Of a DNA stretch of 64,000 bases, positions 26,096 through 37,367 are shown piece by piece (position 1 is the stretch's first letter; the number at the start of each line of letters is the position of its first letter). The DNA comes from the human T2T-CHM13v2.0 reference genome, Homo sapiens. A program made the translations under genes and the position numbers. Below the pieces are notes generated by a model. The model saw nothing but the letters and a program-made list of their open reading frames with translations, was not told the origin of the DNA and did not search any database. The DNA lies in NCBI RefSeq assembly GCF_009914755.1, contig NC_060932.1; one strand, 5' to 3'.

Positions 26096-26839
26096 GTTGA
26101 TTAAATAGGTAGTTAATCAAGAGAAAATATATTTGATAACAAAGCTGTTACTTCAGAAAATTGGTTGCTTCCTGGTATTTATTGTAATAGCATTTGAAAT
26201 TTACAAAACAAAGCAGAACAGAAAACTTCTTTTATCTTGACATTTATATTAGATTCAAGTATATCACTAGGTAATATAAGGCCTGGAAAATATTTCTTAA
26301 CTAGTGTTTTATGATATAAAGCTGCACATGTGGGACATGAATTCTAAGCCCTGAAATAACAAGGAGGGAGAGGGTGCATATCTGTTCTTAAGGTTGTTCA
26401 CAGCACAATGCTTAAAGAATTGCTTTGAATTAAAAATGTCAAAATCAGTGTTACTTGGCTCACTCTCTTGAATCTTTTCAATTCTGTACTAACTAGCCAA
26501 ACATATCACTTCAAACAAAGATAACAAAAATCCATTCTTTCCATATTTGTATGAAATTTAATTTCTTCTGCTCCTACCCCCACATTTTCAAAATGCCTGA
26601 ACCACAAAATGAAGGGAATGAGTAACAACAGTGGTTTGGACAATGCCTTCAGGAGCTTTCCTATCAGGAAAATGGTTTATAAATGAAGTCTAGCTAAACC
26701 AAGATAATTCATTGATTTAAATATAGTCATTCTTTCTTATTTGGCTCCTAAGATTAGTTCTGAATTCTGACCGATGGCCACACCATTGCTTACATGTTAT
26801 TCTGCCCTTTCTCATCCTGGAGGAAAGCTCTGAACCCAG

Positions 26840-27110
26840 AATCATTTCTATGCAACAAACAACAGTGAAGCACTTTCCCCATACCAGGTACGGGGCTGGA
26901 CACTCAGGAGGGAGATGAACAAGCAGACCCTCTTCTCAAGGAGCTCACAGTCCCTGTGTAGTGAAACAAATCATTACCATATATTGTGTAACAATAGAAA
27001 GTGGCCCAGAAAAGGGAGAAAAGCTGGATTTGTGGGAGATCGTCTTGAGACTGTGGAATCTTAAAAGAAGAAAACAAGTTATGGGATTAACAGGAGAGAA
27101 AGAGACTTGC
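26840..27110 (-). mobile_element. L2 LINE fragment
   Basis: caacaaaca..gaagcactttcccc.taccagg...gatgaacaagcagaccctcttctcaaggagctcacagtc. Confidence 0.6.
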
Positions 27111-27772
27111 TGCTGTACCAAAGAAAATGCTTAAATGTCCATCTCTGGGGAAGACTTAGATCTTATTGTCTGTAGAATCTTACCTGGGAAGTTTTTTAAA
27201 CTTCCACATGAGAGGACTAATTTAATCATAACTTGAAGCAGCAGCAACATAGGACATATTTATTTATAAAATCTTTCTCTAGACATTGATTTTGTGAGAG
27301 TGTGAAAAATCAGACAGATTTTCAACTTATGAAAGGAACAGCCCTTTGTATGTGTTATTTTAATTGTGTAATTTGGCATCTATACCTGAGAAATAGCAGA
27401 TGGACCTTACAGGATAGAGCAAGCAACATGGATAATTTTTTCCCTCTTCTTTTAAAATAGCTTCCAATAATAAATATTAATAAATTCTAAAAAGACTATT
27501 TAGTCATCAACAAGATCGTCTTTATTTTTCTGTTGGCTGGAAAACCCTTAAGCAAACTCATTTATTTTCTTTAACTATCACAAAGTAGTCACAGTCCTTT
27601 AGGGATTTCTTGCTTAGCATTCTAACCATGTGTGTGCCTCAAGGTACTCCTTTCAATGGGATGAACTTAGACTACTTACCAGAGGAAACAAGGAGGCAGA
27701 GGAAAACAAGGAAAAAATGTAATAAATTACATTTTTAGGAAGGAAGGAAAAAATGTAATAAAAAAGAATCTA

Positions 27773-28074
27773 GGCTGGGTGCAGTGATTCATGCTTATAA
27801 TCCAAGCACTTTGGAAGACCAACATGGGAGGACTGCTTAATCCCAGGAGTTTGAGAACAGCCTGGGCAACACAGTGAGACCCAGTCACTACAAAAAAAAA
27901 ATTAAAAATTAGCTGAGTGTGGTGGCATATGGCTGTAATCCCAGCTACTTGGGAAGCTGAGGCAGGAAGATCGTTTGAGCCCAGGAGGTTGAGGTTGCCA
28001 TGAGCCGTATTTGTGCCACTACACTTTAGCCTGGGCAACAAAGCAAGGTCCTGTCTCTTAAAAAAAAAAAAAAA
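27773..28074 (+). mobile_element. AluJ SINE
   Basis: ggctgggtgcagtgattcatgc...gggaggactgctt..cccaggagtttgagaacagcctgggcaacacagtgagaccc...ttgagcccaggaggttgaggttgc, followed by poly(A). Confidence 0.93.
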
Positions 28075-28099
28075 TGTAAACCACAAAGTCATTCTGAGT

Positions 28100-28320
28100 T
28101 GAAGCCATCCTCTGGAGTCAGGCTCCCTGAATGTGAATCTCACCTTTACTGTTTATTACTTAATAGACCTTGAGCTACTTACTTACCCAAGGCCTTCTCC
28201 TCTCATCTGTGTGGGCCTAATAACAAAACCTACCCCTATGAAGTTGCCATTTGAAATAAAGAGAAAAGACACATCATACATCTTAGCACAGTGCCTGCCA
28301 TAAAGCACATAATATTAATT
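28100..28320 (+). mobile_element. MIR SINE
   Basis: ctggagtcaggctccctgaatgtgaatc...gaccttgagc...ctcatctgt...cttagcacagtgcctg. Confidence 0.7.
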
Positions 28321-28767
28321 TATCTTCTATTATTTCAAAAAAGCCCAATGTTCAAATTGAGTGTCTTTGGATGAACAAATGTTATCCTCTCTAAAAGGGA
28401 TGGGTTGATGTTTGTTCAAGACTCTCCATACCCTTAGGTTCCTTCCGCCACCTGCCAATATGCCTGCTGTCATTTCCTGCAATTATTCCTTCTTTAATGA
28501 TCTCTTTTTTCTATTTAATTTGAATTTATTTAGAAAAACATAGGTTTTGCTATAAAGGAGTCACTACTTTTCTCAAATTAAAGTACTGAAAATATCCAGT
28601 AAATAAAACAAAACAAAACAAAAAACGTTTCCTAGAGTCTCTAGATTGATACAGAGCACCAGGCTATTTATCAAAAGTAGAGTTTACACATTTAAATTTT
28701 GCAAGGGTAAAAATATTCCTTGAGCAGGATTTACGGCATGAGCAAAAGTGTAGAGTCATAGTTGTAG

Positions 28768-29171
<404 letters not shown>

Positions 29172-29491
29172 GACAATGGGTAACTTTTTAAGAAAGTTTA
29201 AGCCAGTTCATGAACTATAGGACTCTCTCACAAGTCCTCCGAGGTGCAGTCAAGTGGCCTTTTGCTGGGCCTAGAAGAGGCTAATAAAACCCCACATAGT
29301 TCCAGCATCCTAAGGAAAACAGAGAAAAACAGAGAGACAAGTACCGTTTCTCAGGCCCTGCCCCAGAATAGACCCCTGCCACAGTGGAGAAGTTGGGGCT
29401 GCTCTACCTTTGCCTCAACCCCCATGGTTCTGGTATGACAGTAAATCAGAACTGAGAGGCATGGTGACCCAAAACTGTTCACACTGAATAG

Positions 29492-29957
29492 TGAGAAGCA
29501 GATTCACTGTGCACTGGTTATCAGCGTTTCTGAGTCAAGTGACAGAGAAGCCCACACACAAAACAAGTTATCTGAAATGCATTTATTACACACAGGCAGC
29601 AAGGGACAACAGAAGCCTAGGGTCCATTGTGAGGCATTCCCCGAAGGCTCGGGAAAGCTGCCTGGTGCAGATGGAGTTTTTTCTACATATGTCCCACTTG
29701 CACCACAGCTGAGGGACCCCCAAAAGGCAGCCTGCCCCTGGGTTATATACCTCAGGGTCACGTGACCCACTGGGCTAAGGAACTGAATGATAATCTTTTT
29801 CTTAAGACGGTCTGGAACAGAGACCAGGCTCTTCTAGCCAGTCCTTCTTCATCTCAGGCTGTTGCATTTCCAACACATTCTACAGTTATTCTTAAAAAGG
29901 AAAAGTAGAATAGGGGAGAACTGGGGGATCTAGGGTCACCCAAAGAACTATCCTGCA
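29492..29957 (-). mobile_element. LTR47-family ERVL solo LTR
   Basis: tgagaagcagattcactgtgcactggttatc...ggcagcaagggacaacagaagcctagg...ctgggttatatacctcagggtcacgtgac...tgttgcatttccaacacattctacagttattctt...ctatcctgca. 5-bp near-TSD aatag/attag. Confidence 0.85.
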
Positions 29958-29959
29958 AT

Positions 29960-30340
29960 TAGTCCAAGATTACAGGACCTATTCAGACCAATTAAACCTG
30001 GGAGAGAGATCCTCTTCCCTTGGTAACATGAGTGACAATGAGGTCTGTTTCAGGCTGCCTACTGTCAATTTGTCCATCATACAGAGAAAGTCTTTCTGTA
30101 GTAGGATAGAATGAAGTCAACAAGTTTAAAAAAAAAAAAAAGCCAACAAAAACAACGAGTGAGCTGGAAAATGATGACAATATATGATGACATAGTTAAG
30201 CCACCCAAATCCCACCATGCAGAAAGGCCATTCTTCCTTGGACTTCCTGGCCACATGAGCCAATAAATTACCTTTTCAGCTTAAATGGATCTAAGATAGG
30301 TTATTTGTATTTGCAATGGAAAATGTCCTAATGCAAATAC
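29960..30340 (+). mobile_element. Old MLT1 (J/K-like) LTR 3' part, apparently the host of the LTR47
   Basis: ttggacttcctggccacatgagccaataaattaccttttcagcttaa...tttgcaatggaaaatgtcctaatgcaaatac. Confidence 0.6.
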
Positions 30341-31174
30341 TTATAAGTTGTTTTACCACTATATACGTAATATCCACCTAATTTGACAGCATTTGTTTAG
30401 TGATTCACCTTTATTTAATCTTTTCAGAGAATTCAGCTTAATTTCTACACAAACAATAGCTCCATTTCTTTGTACACTCATATTTTATTGGTTTTATAAT
30501 AATTATATAATTACAATAATAAATGCAACTGGCATAATTAGGCTTGTGAACAAATAAAATGGACTTTTTGGAAGCTTAAAATCCAACCTGTGGGAGCAGA
30601 AGTGCTTGGCACAGTAGAGAGTAGTCTACTGTTCAGGAGTAAGTGGAGTGCCAAGGGCATCCAACATTTATGCTTTTTACAGGGGAAAAGAAGAACATTG
30701 ATTAACCCATCATGATAGTTAAGTAGAGATTGGTTAAAAGAGCTTTTGTTTTACATTCTTTTATTTCACACTCTTAGCACATTACCAGGTACATATTAGG
30801 AGCTCAATAGATGTTTGTTAAAGAAAATAACTCTATAAATACTTCTAGAGCTCCTACTCTGGGCAAAGCTTTGTCCTAATCACTGAGGGGGAAACAAAGA
30901 AGTATAAATTTTCTTTTCAGCTTTCACAGAGCTTATGTGTAACAAGGGAGTATATTAATTAAAAATTGCCTCTGGCTGCCAGTAACAGAAAGCTGAAATA
31001 ACAGTGTTTAAACGAATTAGGTGCTTATTTGTTCACATAACATGAAGCCCCGAAGTTTAGCAGCCCAGGACTAGTATAATCATTCAGTGAAATTGTCAGA
31101 AGTCAAGGCTCCTTCTATCTTCCTGCTTTATCATCCTACAGCACACTTTCTGCCTTCAAAGCCACCTTACGGAT

Positions 31175-31587
31175 TGTATTAATCAGAGTTCTCCAGAGTA
31201 ACAGAACTAATAAGATATGTGTACCTATAGAAAGAGATTTATTGTAAGAAACTGGTTCATGAGATTATGGAGGCTGAGAAGTCCCAAGATTTGTAGTCAC
31301 CAAGCCTAGGAGAGCTGATGGTGTAGTCTTAGTTCAAAAGTCAGCAGGCTCCAGACCCCAAAAGAGCTGACATTTCAGTTTGAGTCCAAAAGAAGGAAAA
31401 GGTTCTATTCTGGTCTTTAGCTGATGGGAGGAGGCCCATCAACATTGGGGAAGGCAATCACTCAGCCTACCAATTCAAATGTTACTCTCATCCAGGAACA
31501 CCATCACAGACATACCCAGAATAACATCCAGCTGAATGCATGGGCACCCTGTGGTCCAGTCAAGTTGACACACAATTAACCATGACA
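31175..31587 (-). mobile_element. MLT2 (B/C-like) ERVL solo LTR
   Basis: tgtattaatcagagttctccagagtaacagaactaataaga...gagattatggaggctgagaagtcccaagat...ccagtcaagttgacacacaattaaccatgaca. Confidence 0.88.
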
Positions 31588-31832
31588 TCAATCCAGTTGG
31601 TTGCTACAGCTCCAAACCTCAGAACCAATTATCAGATTTCAGGGAGGAGAAATGTATACTAAGGGACACATTTGTCAGTGAGTTAATAAACTTTTGAAAC
31701 CTTACTCTACTTTTCATGTAACTTCTTGTTGACATATCATTGGCAAGAACCAATTATAATTTCATGGGCACACTTAGCTGAAAAAGAGCTGGGGAAATAT
31801 CTTCTTTAAACTGAAATCACTGTCACCCAATA

Positions 31833-31911
31833 TTAGGTTGGTACAAAAGTAATTGCGGTTTTTGCCATCCCTTTTAATGAAAAAATTGCAATTACTTTTG
31901 CGCCAACCTAA
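31833..31911. mobile_element. MADE1 (Hsmar1 mariner-derived MITE)
   Basis: 79-bp palindrome ttaggttggtacaaaagtaattgcggtttttgccat...atgaaaaaattgcaattacttttgcgccaacctaa, flanked by TA TSDs. Confidence 0.95.
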
Positions 31912-32080
31912 TAAAACTGGGGTTCTATGACTAATGAAAAAGAGCAAACTGACATTGAAGAGGGCTACCAGCAATCTCTTCTACAGGGAGCTAAATTGTG
32001 TGAAACTCCAAATTCTTCATGAGGACTTCAGACTAAGAGCAGACATGAAGCCTTCCTTAAAAATAATTAAATGCAAGTTC

Positions 32081-32129
32081 ATGCAGAGGAAATTTAATAG
32101 AGAAGAACATTTATTGCCCCTCAACATGA
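32081..32129 (+). repeat. Copy 1 of a perfect 49-bp dispersed direct duplication
   Basis: atgcagaggaaatttaatagagaagaacatttattgcccctcaacatga, identical to 33869-33917. Confidence 0.95.
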
Positions 32130-33868
32130 AGCAGAGAGTCAAATGGGCACAGAATAATAAATGGTTTGCTTCCTAAAAACCTCATTATTGCCTTATGTTT
32201 TTCAAGATCATCTTCATTGGTAAAAGGTTTTCATTCAACTTCTAATTAAAATTCTAACGTTCAGAAGCCACTTTAGTCTGAAAGGCAAAGCACAAATGGT
32301 TTAGGATAAAAAGATGCCCCATGTCATGACACATTTCTTAAGAATGACTACAACAGCATTCCCCTGAAGTGTGAATGTGACTTTAGTCTTACCACATACA
32401 TGGCCCAAAGAGTAGAATTCCAAAGCATCTAAATAAATTGGAGCCCCCAGGAGTGATAAATACTACGTTTGTCTCACTGCCTTCCTCCCTTTGACAGCCC
32501 TTCTCCTTGTTAATAAGCATTTTTTAGGTTCTTAACCTCGCAACAAGCCTTGTTTCTCAGATCACTAATGATTACCCCCTCTTGCAGTGACATGCTCAAC
32601 AAACACTCCATTTCAGATCCTGAAAAACTTGTGAAAATGAAACAACACCAGATTTTCTCACTGACATCACCCTGCTTCTAGTGACAGATCTGAAATGCCT
32701 GTGCATGCTAAATTTAGTGTTAAAAAAACTTTAGCTGGTGTTCAAACTGTCAGAAACGCTGTGGAGGGCCCTGACTTGTAAGAAGATGTGGCTTATTGTT
32801 TTGACAATTCTAGTTTTTCCTCCTTCTATGTCCTGCAAGGTTTTAAAAACACAGGTGAGATAAGAGTAAAAGATTTTCCATCTTCCCTTTGGATCAACAA
32901 TTCTCATCCTTTGGGGAACTCACCTTTTGCTTTATTCTATGATACACCTTTCCTTTCACCTTCTGAAGACATTTTATGGCAGGAATTTATTGTTTCAATT
33001 TCAATTAATTTTGTTTTGACAATCTCTTGACACTATTTTATGGTTGAAGACACCCTGGGGTGTGGCAAAACCAAGATTGTGAATTACTGATCCCTTTGTT
33101 CAAAGAAAACAGTTTCCCTTTTATGAGAAGGCCAAGATAAAAAGGACTAGAAGGCAGTAAATTGAGACTGCAAATTCTCTAACAGGACTCCAAATTTGTT
33201 ATTAACTCTGCCTTCCTTAATGGAAAATATAGAAGAGAAAATTGCAACTGATGAAGAATGGTTTAAACTCCTGAAAAAACTTGAAAGGATTCTGGATTTT
33301 TTTTATTTTTAAGAGAAATTTTATTTCTTTTTTCATGACAAAAATAAAAGAGAGGAAAAGGAATGTCTCTAAAATTTGTGAAGCATTATGACAAGGAGAT
33401 GCTTATATCATTAATCTCAAGGCTCTATGGTGTAGTAACATTATTTTCAAACTGCTGCTTGGAACCATTTACACAAGAAGAATATGTTAGGGGATTTAAG
33501 GGAGGGGTCACTATCCTGGAGGCTTGAACGAGAGAAGATATACATACAGAGACACACAGAAACAAAAGGAACACAAAACTGTGAGTAAGAAACTTATTTT
33601 ATTACTTATTCTTCCATTAACCAGCTTTATAATTATGGGCAAGTCAGTGCTTGTCTGTCAAATGAGAAGGTTAGATGATAATGAGGTCCCTTCAAGTCCT
33701 AAGTTCCATGCTTTTAAGACTTTTATAGTTTCAGTTCTACAGAGAAGAGGGGAGAAACAGACTTTGGAATTGCAAGAATTATAATGATCTTGGATGAAAG
33801 CAGGTCGTCCTTCATTATGAAACCCTCTTCTGGAATACAATTAAAGATCAGGTGAGGGGAGGAAAGAA

Positions 33869-33917
33869 ATGCAGAGGAAATTTAATAGAGAAGAACATTT
33901 ATTGCCCCTCAACATGA
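33869..33917 (+). repeat. Copy 2 of a perfect 49-bp dispersed direct duplication
   Basis: 49/49 identical to 32081-32129; the flanks are unrelated. Confidence 0.95.
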
Positions 33918-34304
33918 TTTAGAATAACTAAATTTATTCTGCCTGTACCTGAAGAGAATATTGTGACTTTGGAGATGGATTCAGTCTTCCTATTTAGCTA
34001 CATATTGAGATAATATATTCATTTTTGTGTCCCCAGTGGAACATGGCTGGAGACAAGAATAGAAAGGAGATCACCCAAAAGCACACTCAGCAAAATGCTC
34101 CATGCTTCCAGGCCCCGGGGGGAAGTCTGGTTAAAATTCATGTCCAAGTGGCCCTGGAATCAGGGACATAAGCATAGAAAATTGTCTGTAGAAACCAGTG
34201 ACCCTCTAACCATAACAAAGCAAAAGAGTCAGGAAGACGTTTTCCCCATAGGCTGGGACAATGCAAAGTGCAGGCATTTCTAGAGCAGTTATGTTGCTTT
34301 CTTT

Positions 34305-34600
34305 GTTCATCTATTCATTCTACCAGTGAGTATTTGTTAAATATCACGCTCTGTGAGAGACGCTACTGAAATGCATAAAGGAAAAAGGAATCATGAAGTA
34401 TCCACATTTTATAGGTGGAGGCATTTTCACAAGCAGAATAACATGTCAAGTGCAGGGATAGGGAGGTATATGGTTTCCTGTAGTTGCACAAAGAGAATAT
34501 TCACCATCCAGTTTGCAGTAGGTCATCAGAAGGCTTCCTGAAATAGCTGATATTTAAAGAAAATCTTAAAGTGAGTAAAAATTAGCTATTGAAAAGACCT
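34305..34600 (-). mobile_element. L2 LINE fragment
   Basis: ttcatctattcattc..agtgagtatttgttaaatatc...cagaaggcttcctgaaatagctgatattt. Confidence 0.6.
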
Positions 34601-35519
34601 GAGAAACTGGGGGCAATATTACCCCAGGAAGAAGAAAAGTGTACAGGTGAGAATCTGCATAGCCAGGCCCGAGGACAGTGGAAGGACTGTTAGTCACGAA
34701 AACCCTCCCAATGATTCATTCTCTGCCTCACCCTCTGTGAGCCAGGGTGTGGTTAGGATGGATGTGGTGAGTAAGATTGGGTGCCCTGGAGGATTGCTTG
34801 CACCTGAACAAGGCAGAAAGCATCTCACCCTTTTCTTTCTTTACCTGAGGAGTGAAAGTGAGTAGTCAAACACATTTCTGAGCTCTGTCACAGCTTTATT
34901 TTTCTAAATCTTACTTCTGACAGTCTTCTGCTTAAAACCTAATCATCTGGTTTTTCTAGATTTACATAGAATAATGGCTGCCTCTTAACTCTAATTCTTT
35001 CTAAATATTCACCCAAAACCCACCTGGATAAATAAAATCAGCAAATAAAACGACCCATAATCTATGCTTTCTGCAGGAAACAGAAAATACAATAATGTGA
35101 GCTTAAAACACTGGCAAGTAGGGAAATTTTTTAAAAATCCAGTTTAGGGGAAGAGTAAGGCAGAGATATGAAAGAGGCCAAAAGAAGGAGGAAAGAGGAG
35201 CAGGGGCCACAGGAGAAATAGGGTAACAGAATCCAAATAGAATTCCCTCCAAAAGCTAAATCCCCACCATGCAGTGGAAAATACCAAGAACAAATGTAGA
35301 ATCTGGTAGATCTGAGTACTGGCTAGAAAGAAAGGAAAACAAGAAAGAAAGGAGAGAAATGAAAGGATTTGCATGTAATCAGGACCCAAAGCAGCAACAT
35401 TGGAAACTAAAACTTCTGCATGGGAATGGGGCAACTTGAGAAGGAAACATGCCCCATGGGCACTTACTTGGTAGTGAAGGTAAAAAAAAAATATATAAAA
35501 ACAAGAAATTGAGATTTCT

Positions 35520-35580
35520 GGTGTGTGTGCACGTGTGTGTGTGTGTGTGGGTGTGTGTGTGTGAGAGAGAGAGAGAGACA
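35520..35580. repeat. (TG)n(GA)n compound microsatellite
   Basis: gtgtgtgtgcacgtgtgtgtgtgtgtgtgggtgtgtgtgtgtgagagagagagagagaca. Confidence 0.92.
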
Positions 35581-35833
35581 GAAAGTGAGAGAGAATCACA
35601 AAACAGAATACACAAAAATTTTCCACACACAAAAATAGCTAAATTAATTAGAGAAACTACACTTCACCACACTAAAGGAAGAGGGTAGTCTTGAACTAAG
35701 AGAGAGAGAAAGTGAGAGGGAATCACAAAACGGAATACACAAAAATTTTCCACACACAAAAATAGCTAAATTAATTAGAGAAGCTGCACTTCACCGTACT
35801 AAATGAAGAGGGTAGTCTTGAAATAGGGAGCTT
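35580..35833 (+). repeat. 127-bp tandem duplication (2 copies)
   Basis: agaaagtgaga..gaatcacaaaac.gaatacacaaaaattttccacacacaaaaatagctaaattaattagagaa...gaagagggtagtcttgaa starts at 35580 and 35707; 7 mismatches over the first ~116 bp. Confidence 0.95.
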
Positions 35834-37057
35834 GATAAGCCTGTCAAAACTTTCACTTTTGTGTGCATACAACTGCTATTGCTGGTCCAGAAAATTAGAC
35901 ATTCAAAATAAGTATGAAAAGTAGATAATATCCATACAAAGTTAGACAAAAAAGAAACAAATTAAGAATTAAAATGTACCAGCTGTTAAAAATACTCCCC
36001 AAAATGTCAACCATGAAGTAGAACAAAACTGCAACATAAGAGCTCCATCTGAATTAAATATCTGAAAACAAGAATTTGTATATGTAAAATAAGTATCTCA
36101 AATCAGAAAGGTAAAACTCATAGCAAATATGAACAAAAATTAGGAAGATGTAAAATGACTGAACACAGGAAAGAAATAGTAGAAAAAATCAAATTCATCC
36201 TAGAAGTGAAGACATTACAAATTGCCTGAATGAGAAAACATTGGATTGAAATTTAGTAGGGACAATTGAATAGTCAAGAAAATAAAAACAGGGCAGAGAA
36301 TAAAAATAACAAAAAGGAAATAATTTAAAAGGATCAAGGGAAAGTATTTGGCATAGGCAAAGCAGATGCAATATACATATAATTGGAGTCTCTGGGGGAC
36401 CAAAAACAAAAAAACAACACAATAGAACAACATTTTAGATCACAATCCAATTTTTTTTTCAGAAATAAAAGACCTATTTGCATAAATTAAAAGGACCTAT
36501 GGTGTATAATATGTAGTGAAAATTGTCCTCATGGTCTGCAAAGCAAAACAACAAAAAAAGCCCCACATTATTTATAAAGGAAATCAAATTGGCATAAGAT
36601 TTCCCTACTGCAACATGCAAAGACAGATAACAGTGGAGAAACCTTTTCAAAAAACTCAAAGAAAGTGCGAGCCAAGGATTTCATATCCAGCTAAGCTGTC
36701 CTTCAAGTGTCAAGGTTATATAAACACATTTTTAAGATATGCAAGAATCTAGGGATACTGTACATGTGCCCTTTACAAGAAAATCTACTAGAGGACAAAT
36801 TTGTCCAAAGTAGAAATAACTGAGGAAGCTTTTTTTAAAGGCAGAGAAATGAAAAAGGAAGGTGAGAGTCAAAGTATGTAAGTTAAAGCTCAGAAACCAA
36901 ATAGTCAAACACCAACTAAGTAAAAGGAGAATGAAGAACATTTTTCACCTGCTAGTGTATAGATAACTACTAGAACACAAATAAAAGTACTTCTAAGTAC
37001 AAAAAGATGTAAGAAAAAGTAAAACAAAGAAAATAATAGACATTGACCGATAGATGC

Positions 37058-37350
37058 TGTGAAATACCACCCAAGTCCTCCTTCACTGATTGAGAGAAAA
37101 GTATAAAAGCCCAGCTCCCCTTTTTACTCTAACTGAGGATAACTCTGAGAGGCCATCTTAGCTTCAGAGATTTCTACGGGTTTCGCTGAGGCCTTTATTG
37201 TGTTTGCATCACTGCACAATTTCACTTTCTTCCTTATCCCACTTCCTTTACCTTCCTTCTACAGGTGTTCATCAAAGAGTATCTACTAATATACACCTAG
37301 CATGCTAATCTGCATCTCATAGTTTACTTCCTAGAGAATGTAACCAGTGA
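37058..37350 (+). mobile_element. LTR16-family ERVL 5' LTR (partly deleted)
   Basis: tataaaagcccagctcccc...ggataactctgagag...ctgaggccttt...tcccacttcctttaccttccttctacaggtgtt...tgctaatctgcatctcatagtttacttcctagagaa, followed by a PBS. Confidence 0.7.
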
Positions 37351-37367
37351 TGGTTGACCAGAAGTGG
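37351..37367 (+). other. Degenerate tRNA-Leu primer-binding site
   Basis: tggttgaccagaagtgg directly after the LTR resembles TGGTGTCAGAAGTGG, the complement of the tRNA-Leu(CAA) 3' end and typical of ERVL. Confidence 0.55.

Larger units (their letters stand above)
30950..31990 (-). mobile_element. Old MLT1 (J-like) LTR interrupted by MLT2 and MADE1
   Basis: ggctgccagtaacagaaagc.gaaataacagtg.ttaaac...tcacataaca...ggctccttctatcttcctgct; resumes after MLT2 with catatcattggcaagaac...gagctggggaaat. Confidence 0.55.
34950..37050 (+). mobile_element. Ancient L1M 5' region / ORF1 relic
   Basis: The ORF at 36516-36752 contains IYKGNQIGI..F and CEPRISYPAKLSFKC, resembling the L1 ORF1p C-terminal domain; also atacatataattggagtctctg (ORF1 IIGVPE-like). 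Confidence 0.75.

Noticed and set aside
35144-35688. Longest ORF in the track (162 aa) and the ORFs overlapping it
   Set aside because: Low-complexity translation across a (TG)n(GA)n microsatellite and an L1 relic, with a non-ATG start and no domain similarity that I recognise.
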